From positions 704,001 through 768,000 of the forward strand of contig JAVYWL010000001.1 in the NCBI GenBank assembly GCA_038727135.1: a stretch of 64,000 nt of DNA, written 5' to 3'. Below the pieces are notes generated by a model that was not told where the DNA came from, did no database searches, and saw nothing but the letters and a program-made list of their open reading frames with translations. How positions within the stretch are numbered: the first letter of the stretch is position 1; every line of letters starts with the position of its first letter. This DNA is from Candidatus Bathyarchaeia archaeon (GTDB lineage: Archaea > Thermoproteota > Bathyarchaeia > Bathyarchaeales > Bathycorpusculaceae). This document shows positions 39,015 to 48,573 of the stretch, piece by piece. Both the position numbers and the translations under genes were made by a program.

Positions 39015-40673
39015 TTATCTTAGCATTGGCATTTTAATGCCCTTTTCCCTCGCTATTTTCTTCGCCTTCTCATAACCAGCGTCCGCATGCCTAACTATGG
39101 CTGTTCCAGGGTCTGTTGTTAGAACTGTGACTATGCGTTTTTCAGCCTCTTTTGTTCCGTCAGCCACGAGGCACATGCCAGCATGTATACTATAGCCTAT
39201 TCCCACGCCTCCGCCGTGGTGGACGCTGACCCATGTGGCGCCAGCCACAGCATTCAATAACGCATTTAGTATGGGCCAGTCAGCTATGGCGTCGCTTCCG
39301 TCCATCATGCCCTCTGTTTCACGGTTTGGCGATGCAACGCTTCCTCCGTCCAAGTGGTCTCTCCCAATCCATACGGGGCCGGAAAGCCTCCCGCTTGCCA
39401 CCATGTCATTCATTATTTTTCCGAAGCGGGCTCTCTCTCCAAAGCCCAGCCAGCAGACGCGGGCTGGCAATCCCTGAAACTTAACCTGCTCTTTTGCCTT
39501 CCTTATCCATCGGCAGAGCTCCTTGTTATAGGAGAACTCCTTCAAAATCACATCATCCAAAGTATAGATGTCCTCGGCGCTCCCCACAAGGGATGTCCAG
39601 CGGAATGGCCCCCGCCCTTCGCAGAACATTGGCCTAATATAACGTTGAACAAAGCCTGGAAAGGCGAAGGCTTCTTTGAATCCGGCGTTGTAGGCTTGCT
39701 GGCGGAGATTGTTGCCGTATTCGAAGGTTACTGCGCCTTTCTCCATCATTTTAACCATGGCTTCCACTTGGGTGCGCATGCTTCGGCTGGCTCTTCGCAG
39801 ATACTCTTCTGGGTCATTTTTGCGGAGTTCGTCGGCTTCCTCCTTTGATAGTCCAGCTGGATAATAGCCATTCAACGGGTCGTGGGCGCTGGTTTGGTCT
39901 GTTAGCACGTCTGGTATTATTCCCCTCTTCAAGAGTTCTGGATGCACCTCAGCCGCATTTCCAAGTAGTCCAATGCTTCTTGGAATGCCTTCGCGTTTGG
40001 CTTCCAAAGCCATTTTCACAGCCTCATCCAAATCATCTGTCCATGTTTCCAAATAACCATGCCTTATGCGCCTGTCAATTGCGCGTTTGTCTATTTCCAC
40101 AACAAGCGCTACGCCCTCGTTCATTGTCACGGCTAGGGGCTGGGCTCCCCCCATCTCGCCTAAACCAGCCGTTAAGACTAGTCTGCCTCGGAGGGTTCCG
40201 CCGAAGTGTTCGCGGGCTACCGCCGCCAAGGTTTCATATGTACCTTGCAAAATGCCTTGCGTGCCAATGTAAGCCCACGAGCCGGCGGTCATCTGTCCAA
40301 ACATGATTAAGCCTTTCTGCTCCAGCTCGTAGAAATAGTCCCAAGTCGCCCATTTCGGCACAAGCATGGCATTAACTATTAGGGCTCGGGGCGCCCACTC
40401 GTGGGTTTTGAAGACGGCTACGGGCTTGCCGCTTTGAATAAGCATGGTTTCGTCTGGCTCAAGCTCAACAAGGGTTTCAACAATTTTTTCGAAACATTCC
40501 CAGTTGCGGGCAGCCTTGCCAGTGCCACCATAAACAATCAGCCTTTCAGGGTCTTTAGCCACTTCAGGGTCAACGACATTAAAGAGCATTCGCAAGATTC
40601 CTTCAATCTGCCAATTCTTGCAGTGCAACTCGTGGCCGGTCAAACATTTTATGGGTCTTTCCAACTTTAACAA
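39015..40673 (-). CDS. hutU: Urocanate hydratase
   Basis: [43 protein letters not shown]. Confidence 0.97.
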   Translation of the reverse strand: MLKLERPIKCLTGHELHCKNWQIEGILRMLFNVVDPEVAKDPERLIVYGGTGKAARNWECFEKIVETLVELEPDETMLIQSGKPVAVFKTHEWAPRALIVNAMLVPKWATWDYFYELEQKGLIMFGQMTAGSWAYIGTQGILQGTYETLAAVAREHFGGTLRGRLVLTAGLGEMGGAQPLAVTMNEGVALVVEIDKRAIDRRIRHGYLETWTDDLDEAVKMALEAKREGIPRSIGLLGNAAEVHPELLKRGIIPDVLTDQTSAHDPLNGYYPAGLSKEEADELRKNDPEEYLRRASRSMRTQVEAMVKMMEKGAVTFEYGNNLRQQAYNAGFKEAFAFPGFVQRYIRPMFCEGRGPFRWTSLVGSAEDIYTLDDVILKEFSYNKELCRWIRKAKEQVKFQGLPARVCWLGFGERARFGKIMNDMVASGRLSGPVWIGRDHLDGGSVASPNRETEGMMDGSDAIADWPILNALLNAVAGATWVSVHHGGGVGIGYSIHAGMCLVADGTKEAEKRIVTVLTTDPGTAIVRHADAGYEKAKKIAREKGIKMPMLR

Positions 40674-40713
40674 GGAACTTTTCACCCTTAATCATGAAAT
40701 ATGTGGCTTGAGG

Positions 40714-42048
40714 TTACTCTAATTCTTTGCTGAAGAGTTTAGCTGCCTCAGCTATGGAGGCTTCCTCGTCAACAACTGTTCTGCCGTTCTTTATTACTTT
40801 GTCAACGAGGTTTACGCCGAAACGGTAGCCTAGAAAAACATGGTTTGGCACATTCAAAATCACTATGTCCGCTTTCTTGCCAACTTCTAGGCTTCCCACC
40901 TCGCTGGCCCTTCCAATGGCATGAGCGGCATTAATTGTGGCTGCTGTTATGGCTTCAGCTGGCGTCATCTTCATGAAATAGCATGCAAAAGCTATGACGA
41001 GCTGCTGGTTCTCAACCCAACAGCTAGGGTTAAAGTCTGTTCCCAAAGCCACTGGAACACCATAATCAATCATTTTACGGGCTTCGGCGTAACGTCCAGT
41101 CATGAGGCTGAAGGCCGCTGCTGGGAGCAGAACGGCAATCACGCCTTTTTCAGCCATAGCCTTAAGCCCAACATCAGAAGCGAACAACAAGTGCTCGGCT
41201 GAAACTGCTTCAAGGCTTGCTGCAAGCTCAGCCCCGCCCAGCTGGCTCATTTCGTCCGCGTGCACCTTAAGCCCTAAACCATGTTTTTTGGCTGCTATGA
41301 GAATTTTTCTGGTCTGTTCCAGGTTGAAGACGCCTTTCTCGCAGAAAACGTCGCAGAACTTCGCCAGCTTTTTCTCGGCAACGGCTGGAATCATTTCATC
41401 AACAACTAAGCTTACATACTCTTCTGGGTTGCTTGCGTATTCGGCTGGGATGGCGTGGGCTCCCATAAAGGTGGGAATAACGTCAACAGCGTGAAGCTGG
41501 TTTAAACGCTTAATAACCTCCAAAATCTTCAGTTCATCCTTTATTGTTAAGCCGTATCCGCTTTTTGCCTCCACAGTTGTCGTGCCATACCGCAGCATAA
41601 CATCTAAAGTGTTTAAGCCAAAGCCCAAAAGCTCGTCTAGGCTCGCTTTGCGGGTTTCCCTAACAGTTTTCAGTATGCCCCCGCCAGCCCTTAAAATCTC
41701 CATATAAGAGGCACCTTCAATTCTCATTTGGAACTCGTCTTCCCTCGAACCCGCAAAAACCAAATGCGTATGAGGGTCAACAAAGCCCGGCAGAACAGTT
41801 TTTCCGCTGGCATTCACAATGTTTTCAGCTCTAAAATTTTTCCTTATTTCCGAGGTTTTTCCAACAGCCAATATTTTACCGTCTTTTATGGCCACGCATC
41901 CGTTCTTGATTATTCCCAACTCCCGCATACGTTTGCCAGTTCTTGGCTTCTCGTTGCCGCCGGCCAATGTGATAAGCTCGCTGGCATTAACAATGAGTGT
42001 ATCGGCCTTTTCCTTGGCAGCGGTTTTCCCAGTTTTAGCTTTACTCAA
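40714..42048 (-). CDS. hutI: Imidazolonepropionase
   Basis: PGFVDPHTH, E.KSGYGL, GAHA.P, DVFCE, HADE, GTDFNP. Confidence 0.96.
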   Translation of the reverse strand: MSKAKTGKTAAKEKADTLIVNASELITLAGGNEKPRTGKRMRELGIIKNGCVAIKDGKILAVGKTSEIRKNFRAENIVNASGKTVLPGFVDPHTHLVFAGSREDEFQMRIEGASYMEILRAGGGILKTVRETRKASLDELLGFGLNTLDVMLRYGTTTVEAKSGYGLTIKDELKILEVIKRLNQLHAVDVIPTFMGAHAIPAEYASNPEEYVSLVVDEMIPAVAEKKLAKFCDVFCEKGVFNLEQTRKILIAAKKHGLGLKVHADEMSQLGGAELAASLEAVSAEHLLFASDVGLKAMAEKGVIAVLLPAAAFSLMTGRYAEARKMIDYGVPVALGTDFNPSCWVENQQLVIAFACYFMKMTPAEAITAATINAAHAIGRASEVGSLEVGKKADIVILNVPNHVFLGYRFGVNLVDKVIKNGRTVVDEEASIAEAAKLFSKELE

Positions 42049-42961
42049 ATCTTCCTCCCTTCTCAACGGCGTTTTGAATGGCCACCTCCAACACTCTATC
42101 CACTGTGAGGTTGTCAATTTTTAGGTAGTAGGACGCAACGTCAACTATCGCTTTTAGGGGCGCCATTCCACAGAATTCTGAGCCCATCACTGGCACGTTG
42201 TAGCGTTCAGCCTCCACTTTTAAGAGTTCAAAGACACGATAGAGGGGGGTGGCCTCAAAATCGCTAATGCTCATCCCAATCTGTGTTATGTTCTTTTCTG
42301 GGATATAGGCCGCCATAGCTTTAACATTTGCAAGTCCACCTTTTTTCGAATGCAAAGCCTTAGCGATTTTCTTTGCAATTTTTAGGTCTGCTGTTCCAAG
42401 GTTTACATTGAATCCGGCCATAACCTTGCGGGCGCCAGTTATTGTGGCTCCAGCCGTAGGGTGGGGCTTGGCTGGACCAAAGTCTGGTTTGCGCTCCGGC
42501 TTAGCCATCATTTCCGCTAGCCTCTCATATTCGCCTTCCCGTATCCAGTCCAAGTCTCTTCTTTCCGGTTTTGTGGCGGCATCTCCGTAAAGGTAGACTG
42601 GCACGCCGCGTTCTTGGGCTAATTTTTTGCCAAACTTTCGCGCTAGCCTTATGCAGTCTTCTATTGTGGCGTTTTTTATTGGTATGAATGGGACAACGTC
42701 CACCGCGCCTATTCGTGGATGCTGCCCCTTATGGGTTCTCATGTCGATGAGCTCCACAGCCCTAAAAGCCATTTTTAACATGGCTTCAAGAACGGAACGC
42801 TTATCGCCGATAAATGAGATAACAAGCCGATTATAATAATTGTCAAAGGTGTAATCGAGCAAAAACGCTTTTTTGGTTGTTTTAAGCTCGTTTAAGATTT
42901 GTTCGACAACCTTTGGGTCTGAAGTGCTAAAATTCGGAACACACTCAATGATCTCCTTCAA
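42041..42961 (-). CDS. ftcD: Glutamate formiminotransferase (FT domain only)
   Basis: IECVPNFS, H.GQHPRIGAVDVVPF, PDFGP...HPTAGA. Confidence 0.93.
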   Translation of the reverse strand: MKEIIECVPNFSTSDPKVVEQILNELKTTKKAFLLDYTFDNYYNRLVISFIGDKRSVLEAMLKMAFRAVELIDMRTHKGQHPRIGAVDVVPFIPIKNATIEDCIRLARKFGKKLAQERGVPVYLYGDAATKPERRDLDWIREGEYERLAEMMAKPERKPDFGPAKPHPTAGATITGARKVMAGFNVNLGTADLKIAKKIAKALHSKKGGLANVKAMAAYIPEKNITQIGMSISDFEATPLYRVFELLKVEAERYNVPVMGSEFCGMAPLKAIVDVASYYLKIDNLTVDRVLEVAIQNAVEKGGRFE

Positions 42962-43089
42962 TGAGTTTCCACCGCCCTCCCCCTTCTATCATCCTCGGAG
43001 CCTAATTAAAGTTATTAGCAAACTCTGCCATTTTTAGAAAAGCTAAAATCGGCTTTAAATCCAAACTCTTATCCGCGCCTTGAAAACTG

Positions 43090-43710
43090 GTGGAGAAAGG
43101 CTTGACACAACGAGAGCTTGAGTTCGAAGTGCCAAAATGGAACCAAATATATAAAATGCTCATACAAATAGCGGAAAAAATAAGGAAAGACAATTTTAAG
43201 CCAGACGTAATTGTTGGCGTTTCCCGTGGCGGATGGCCCCCAGCAAGAGTCTTATCAGATCTCTTGGAGAATCCAAACCTCGCCAATGTTAAGGTTGAGT
43301 TCTATGTGGGTGTGGCTGAAACTAAGGGAGAGCCAACCCTAACACAGCCTGTTTCTGTTAATGTGGCCGGTAAAAGAGTGCTTGTTGTGGACGAGGTTGC
43401 CGACACTGGCAAAAGCCTCAAACTCATAAGGGAGCACTTGCAAAATGAAGGCGCCGCCGAGGTTAGGATTGCCGCTGTTTACCTCAAGCCATGGAGCATA
43501 ATAAAGCCGGACTATTACGCTAGAGAAACAAGCCGCTGGATAGTTTTCCCATGGGAAATAAAGGAAACCATAAGAAAAATAGTCAAAAAATGTAAGGAGC
43601 AAGGCGAGCCTGTTGAAAAGGATATGGAAAAACTGGTGAGGGCTGGCTTGTCCCGAAGGCTTGTTAACCATTTCTTGAAAGAGATTTGCGGGGAAGAAGG
43701 GGTTTGCTGA
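43090..43710 (+). CDS. Purine phosphoribosyltransferase (type I PRT)
   Basis: VGVSRGG, VLVVDEVADTGKS, WIVFPWE. Confidence 0.88.
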   Translation: MEKGLTQRELEFEVPKWNQIYKMLIQIAEKIRKDNFKPDVIVGVSRGGWPPARVLSDLLENPNLANVKVEFYVGVAETKGEPTLTQPVSVNVAGKRVLVVDEVADTGKSLKLIREHLQNEGAAEVRIAAVYLKPWSIIKPDYYARETSRWIVFPWEIKETIRKIVKKCKEQGEPVEKDMEKLVRAGLSRRLVNHFLKEICGEEGVC

Positions 43711-44270
43711 GATATCTCGAAGAGTTTGGCAAGTATGTGGCTATTGCCGGCTTCAAGGATGTGAAAGTGGCTGATGTTGAGGGTTTTCTTGAAACTGTTA
43801 GAAAATGTTTGACAAAAAATGTGGAAGCCCAGTTTTTTGATGCCGAGTTTGTGGCTACTTGGCAGCACTTGTATTTTGCAGTTTTAAATGCCTTGAACGC
43901 CTTCAAAAACGGCGTTAACATTTCAAAAAACCTAGCTGTGGAGGTGCTGCTTTATGCTTCTGCCCAGCGTCAAATTCGAAAAGCCATGAGCCTTCTTGGA
44001 GTAAAACCCAACTGTGAGGCGATTGCAGTTCTCGTCTTGGGGGAAAGGGCAGAAGATGTGGAGGCAGCCCTACAAGCCATATCAAAAATTGTTGGTGGAC
44101 GGCGTGACGATGCCGTTTTGGAACTTTCACGAGAAAAGATTGAGGCTATTCAAAAAGCCTTCGAAATTTCAAACGTGGAGCTCGAGGCAGTTGTGAGGGA
44201 AAACGACTTGGAGCAAGCCCTAGTTAACCTAGTCATCGAGCGTGTGGCGCTCTTGGCAACTGAGCGTTAA
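43704..44270 (+). CDS. cgi121: KEOPS complex subunit Cgi121
   Basis: HL.FA..NA, E.LLYASAQRQI.KA...G, LV.ERVAL. Confidence 0.88.
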   Translation: MLRYLEEFGKYVAIAGFKDVKVADVEGFLETVRKCLTKNVEAQFFDAEFVATWQHLYFAVLNALNAFKNGVNISKNLAVEVLLYASAQRQIRKAMSLLGVKPNCEAIAVLVLGERAEDVEAALQAISKIVGGRRDDAVLELSREKIEAIQKAFEISNVELEAVVRENDLEQALVNLVIERVALLATER

Positions 44271-44791
44271 AGCACTTTCTCCTTCACAATTGATAGAATG
44301 TCTTCCGGCTTAATCACCGAAAGCCCGGTCAACCCGCCGATAACTTCGATTAGGAGAATCTTGTCAGGCTTGTTTAGGTCCACTTTGCGTTCAATGTTGG
44401 CTGCTGCCGCCTCAATAATGTCCCTTGTTGAAGTTTCCGTGAAGCGCTTCTCAACGGTAATCCTGAAAGTTTCGTTTTTGCCGATTTTTGAGCTTAGTTC
44501 TATGGCTGCCCGCTGGATTTCCCCCAAATCTGTGCGGATAACCTTCTCTATTGGGATTATGCGCAGTGTATAGCGGAACTCGTAGGGGCGTTCTCGGAGA
44601 ATCTGCCTAAACTTTTCAATAACTTCAAAGGGGTTGAAAGCCGTTTTTGCTGCAATTAAACCAGCCACTCCAGTCTTGTCCACAACAGGTGCCGAGTCTC
44701 CGATCTCGCCAAGCAAATACCAAAGTTCGGAGCAAGCCTCATCTTCGTTTCCTCTTGAAGTTGTGGCTAAAAGGTTGAAGTCCCTAAGCAC
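44267..44791 (-). CDS. Stand-alone THUMP-domain protein (Tan1-like)
   Basis: NLLAT..RG.E, TFRITVEKR, KVDL.KPD..L.IE. Confidence 0.85.
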   Translation of the reverse strand: MLRDFNLLATTSRGNEDEACSELWYLLGEIGDSAPVVDKTGVAGLIAAKTAFNPFEVIEKFRQILRERPYEFRYTLRIIPIEKVIRTDLGEIQRAAIELSSKIGKNETFRITVEKRFTETSTRDIIEAAAANIERKVDLNKPDKILLIEVIGGLTGLSVIKPEDILSIVKEKVL

Positions 44792-44810
44792 ATAACCACC
44801 CACTATAAGT

Positions 44811-44883
44811 TTTGGTCAGTGCAGGTTAGTTGGCTTTTCACAGCTTTGGAAGGCTCCTAGCCGTCGCCTCACATCATCCCAAA
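44811..44883 (-). ncRNA. Candidate box C/D sRNA with two K-turns
   Basis: UUUGG-GAU-GAUGUG...CACUGA-CCAAA terminal K-turn geometry; guide GGCGACGGCU complementary to 16S GGCCGUCGCC. Confidence 0.6.
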
Positions 44884-44988
44884 TATTACTTCCATAAACA
44901 TGAATTTATCTGTTTTGATGGTTCATAAGGATTAGGCTTAAATTTATGGGCGTAGACTCTATCTTTCCAAAGTTCGGGGGAAGGGCAA

Positions 44989-45942
44989 ACGCCAAAACCC
45001 GTAATCGTTGTACATGGCGGCGCTGGAAACTGGCAGCCAGAACGCATAAACCCGGGACTTGAGGGCGTAAAAAAGGCGGCTAAAACAGGCTTTGACATTT
45101 TGGCTAAGGGTGGAAGTGCCCTTGACGCTGTTGTTGAGGCTGTCGCCGTTATGGAGGATGAAGGCGTCTTCAACGCTGGTTATGGTTCAAGCCTAACAAT
45201 AAAGAAGACCGTGGAGATGGAAGCCTCAGTCATGGATGGAAAAACTTTGAAGGCTGGGGCTGCCGGGCTCTTGCGGGACATTAGGAATCCGGTTAGGCTT
45301 GCACGAATTGTTATGGAGAAGACAGACCACGTCTTCATTGTTGGCGAGGGAGCAGAAAAGCTCGCAAAACTGTTCAACCTTGAAAGGCGGAACCCGCTTA
45401 CGGAGCTCCGCCTAAAATATTATGAGCAGGCGAAGCAAGCCCTTCTGGATGGCAAGTTTGAACTGCCAAAACTTGCAGAACTGGTTAAAAGTCATCCAGA
45501 ACTTTTTGATCTTGAAACGGTTGGCGCTGTTGCCTTGGATTTGGAGGGAAATGTTGCAGCTGCCACATCCACAGGCGGTTTTCCATTGAAGATTCCTGGA
45601 AGGATTGGCGACTCGCCCTTGATTGGATGTGGCACCTACGCCGATAATAGGAGTGGTGCTTGTTCCGCCACAGGCGTTGGCGAAATCGCCATAAGGCTTG
45701 TTTTGGCGAAGACCGTTTGCAACTACATGGAGAGCGGCAAAACCGCACAGGAGGCTGTTGAAGCCGCCATAAGACTTGTTAATGAGCGGATGGCTGGAAC
45801 CTACAACTCCATGGGTTTAATCGCCGTGGACAAGCAGGGAGAAATTGGAGCCGCCCACAACTCTAAACATTTATGTTGGGCTTATCTTAAACCTGGAATG
45901 CAGGAGCCGGAAGCGGCATTAACGGCAAAAATTCTGAAGTAA
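44989..45942 (+). CDS. iaaA: Isoaspartyl peptidase/L-asparaginase (Ntn hydrolase), apparent ACG start
   Basis: PKPVIVVHGGAG upstream of the track start; FNAG.GS, E|TVGAVA, TSTGG, GRIGDSP, SATG.GE. Confidence 0.9.
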   Translation, partial: TPKPVIVVHGGAGNWQPERINPGLEGVKKAAKTGFDILAKGGSALDAVVEAVAVMEDEGVFNAGYGSSLTIKKTVEMEASVMDGKTLKAGAAGLLRDIRNPVRLARIVMEKTDHVFIVGEGAEKLAKLFNLERRNPLTELRLKYYEQAKQALLDGKFELPKLAELVKSHPELFDLETVGAVALDLEGNVAAATSTGGFPLKIPGRIGDSPLIGCGTYADNRSGACSATGVGEIAIRLVLAKTVCNYMESGKTAQEAVEAAIRLVNERMAGTYNSMGLIAVDKQGEIGAAHNSKHLCWAYLKPGMQEPEAALTAKILK

Positions 45943-46060
45943 ACCTTTTAAAATATGGGCGTGTAATCAAGGAGGTTTCTCGACAGCAGTCGAAAGAAAA
46001 TGCTTAAAGCAGTCTTTTGAGGCTCTCACTATGCCAAGCCCACGGTTAGGGGAGGTGAAA

Positions 46061-46135
46061 ATGGTGTTCGAGGAAGAAGAGGAATGGGAAGAGGAAGACT
46101 GGGAAGAAGAAGAGTGGGAAGAAGAGGAATGGTAA
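46061..46135 (+). CDS. 24-aa acidic Trp-repeat microprotein MVFEEEEEWEEEDWEEEEWEEEEW
   Basis: Perfect SD GGAGGTGA at 46051-46058, ATG, TAA, downstream oligo-T. Confidence 0.7.
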   Translation: MVFEEEEEWEEEDWEEEEWEEEEW

Positions 46136-46164
46136 AAACCTTGAAGAAGTTTATGTTTCCCTCG

Positions 46165-46174
46165 TTTTCTTTTT
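46165..46174 (+). terminator. Archaeal oligo-T terminator candidate
   Basis: TTTTCTTTTT 30 nt after the microprotein stop. Confidence 0.4.
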
Positions 46175-46263
46175 AACCCGAAAAGTTTTTAGCACCGCGC
46201 CAATCTGATTTTAGGCTCATATTTATGTTGTGAGACACATAACTAGATAGTTGCTGGTAAACT

Positions 46264-48063
46264 ATGACGCGTGTGGCAGTGTTAGACTCTGATAAGTGCA
46301 AGCCTAAGCGTTGTGGAAAACAGTGCCAACGCTTTTGCCCAATGGTGAGGAGCCACGTTGAGGCAATCCGCTTCGAAGACACAAAACCACTGATTGTTGA
46401 GGCTCTCTGCTCCGGTTGTGGAATATGCGTCAAAAAATGCCCGTTCAGCGCCATATCAATAGTGAACCTTCCAGACGAGCTGGAAAAGGAGTGCAGCCAC
46501 AGGTTCGGACCAAACACCTTCAAACTTTATAGGCTTCCAACACCATCACCTGGCACTGTTCTGGGGCTTCTTGGGAAAAATGGAATTGGAAAGACAACAA
46601 CATTAAAGATTCTTTCCGGCGAGGTTAAGCCAAACCTTGGAAATTATGAGAATCCGCCCAGCTGGAGCGAAATTATAAGATATTTTAGGGGTTCAGTGCT
46701 GCAGGACTATTTCCAGCGGATGAGTGAGGGCAAACTTAAAGTTGTGCATAAGCCCCAATATGTTGACAAGATTGCAAGAGCCGTTTCAGGAAGGGTTGGC
46801 GAGCTTCTCAGAAAAGTGGATGAGCGGGGCGTTCTTGAAAATGTTGCTGAAAGACTTGAGTTGAAAACCATCTGGGATAGACCCATCGAAGCTCTAAGCG
46901 GCGGCGAACTGCAGAGGGTGGCTGTAGCCGCAGCGATATGCAGGGAAGCCGACGTTTACCTTTTCGACGAGCCCTCCAGCTATCTTGACGTGAAACAAAG
47001 GCTTGAGGTTGCCAGAGCCATAAGAAGCCTAAAAAATGAGGGAAAAATTGTCGTTGTAGCCGAACACGACCTTGCAATAATCGACTACCTCTCAGACCAA
47101 ATATGCATATTCTACGGCGAGGCTGGCGTTTACGGAATAGTTTCCCACGTGCACGGCGTTAGGACGGGCATAAACATTTACCTTCAAGGCTATATTCCAG
47201 ATGAAAATATCCGCTTCAGAAAAGAAGCAATAGTATTTCATGAAAAACCACCGACCATAAGCTTCGGAGCTGGAGAAACTCTCCTGAAATGGGATAGATT
47301 GGAAAAGACCTATGAAGGCTTCAAACTCGTCGCCCAGCCAGGAGAAATCAGAAAGGGCGAGATAATAGGGATTCTTGGACCAAACGGCATTGGAAAAACA
47401 ACCTTTGTAAAAATATTGGCTGGCTTGGAGAAAACCGACGATGGGAAAGAATTCAAAGAGCTAACAGTAAGCTACAAGCCACAATACATTTCTGCTGAAT
47501 ACGAGGGCACAGTGCAGGAACTTTTAACAAGTATAGCGAAGGAGGACTTCACATCGGGCTGGTACAAGGCTGAAATCCTCCAGCCTCTTGGAATTACGCC
47601 GCTTTTGGAGAGAAACATAGCCGAGCTAAGCGGCGGCGAACTTCAGAAGGTTGCCATAGCCGCATGCCTATCCAGAAAGGCTGAACTTTATCTTCTAGAC
47701 GAGCCAAGCGCCTACTTGGACGTTGAGGAGAGGCTTAACATGGCGAGAACCATACGCCGAGTAATAGAGGCTAGAAACGCCACAGCCTTCGTTGTTGAAC
47801 ATGACGTTGTCGCTCAAGACTTTATTGCAGACCGTTTAATGGTTTTCACGGGCGAACCGGGAATAAGGGGCGTAGCCAACCCGCCCACAAGCCTAAGGGA
47901 TGGGATGAACGCTTTCCTAAGAGAGATGAATGTAACCTTCAGAAGAGACCCGGTCACGAAGAGACCCCGCGTCAACAAGGAGGGCTCAAAGCTGGACAAG
48001 TATCAGAAGGAGATAGGCGAATACTATTATGTTAGGCATGTAGCCATAACAGAAGAGGATTAA
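46264..48063 (+). CDS. rli1: Ribosome recycling factor ABCE1/Rli1
   Basis: N-terminal double 4Fe-4S Cys motifs, two ABC NBDs (GKNGIGKT, GPNGIGKT, LSGGELQ), RPRVNK. Confidence 0.97.
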   Translation: MTRVAVLDSDKCKPKRCGKQCQRFCPMVRSHVEAIRFEDTKPLIVEALCSGCGICVKKCPFSAISIVNLPDELEKECSHRFGPNTFKLYRLPTPSPGTVLGLLGKNGIGKTTTLKILSGEVKPNLGNYENPPSWSEIIRYFRGSVLQDYFQRMSEGKLKVVHKPQYVDKIARAVSGRVGELLRKVDERGVLENVAERLELKTIWDRPIEALSGGELQRVAVAAAICREADVYLFDEPSSYLDVKQRLEVARAIRSLKNEGKIVVVAEHDLAIIDYLSDQICIFYGEAGVYGIVSHVHGVRTGINIYLQGYIPDENIRFRKEAIVFHEKPPTISFGAGETLLKWDRLEKTYEGFKLVAQPGEIRKGEIIGILGPNGIGKTTFVKILAGLEKTDDGKEFKELTVSYKPQYISAEYEGTVQELLTSIAKEDFTSGWYKAEILQPLGITPLLERNIAELSGGELQKVAIAACLSRKAELYLLDEPSAYLDVEERLNMARTIRRVIEARNATAFVVEHDVVAQDFIADRLMVFTGEPGIRGVANPPTSLRDGMNAFLREMNVTFRRDPVTKRPRVNKEGSKLDKYQKEIGEYYYVRHVAITEED

Positions 48064-48065
48064 AC

Positions 48066-48488
48066 ATGGTTAAAATTGGTGAGGCGGAGCAGGCCCTTTT
48101 AAAGGAAGCCTCAAAGGCTTTAGCGAACGCCTATGTGCTTTGGGGTTTTGGCGTTGGCGCGGCAGTTCTGGCTGAGGACGGAAAGATTTATGGCGGCTGC
48201 AATGTTGAAAGCTGGGTTTCCGGGCTTGGCATCTGTGCTGAAAGAAACGCCATAAACCACGCCATTTTACACGGGAACAAGAGGATTAAGGCAATAGCCG
48301 TTGCGACAGATGCCAAAAACGAGGGTGAAATAAAACCTTGCGGGGCTTGCCTCCAATATATTTCGGACTTCGCCGAAAGCTCCGAAATTAAAATTGTCAT
48401 GGCAAAAGTTGAAAACACTCAAGTGTTGTTTGAAACGGTTAAGATAAAGCGGCTCAAGGAGCTCCTCCCAGAGCCTTTTGAGAAATGA
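48066..48488 (+). CDS. cdd: Cytidine deaminase
   Basis: GCNVE, CAER, PCGAC Zn motifs. Confidence 0.88.
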   Translation: MVKIGEAEQALLKEASKALANAYVLWGFGVGAAVLAEDGKIYGGCNVESWVSGLGICAERNAINHAILHGNKRIKAIAVATDAKNEGEIKPCGACLQYISDFAESSEIKIVMAKVENTQVLFETVKIKRLKELLPEPFEK

Positions 48489-48573
48489 GCTGTTCACATG
48501 AAACGGCATAGTTAAATTAATGTGCATGCCGCGTATACATACGTTAAAGTGGCCCTGCTGAATGAGGTGACTG

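Noticed and set aside
45957-46043. Hairpins upstream of the acidic microprotein as a structured ncRNA
   Set aside because: Stems are short and overlap a likely BRE/TATA element; cannot be supported without covariation
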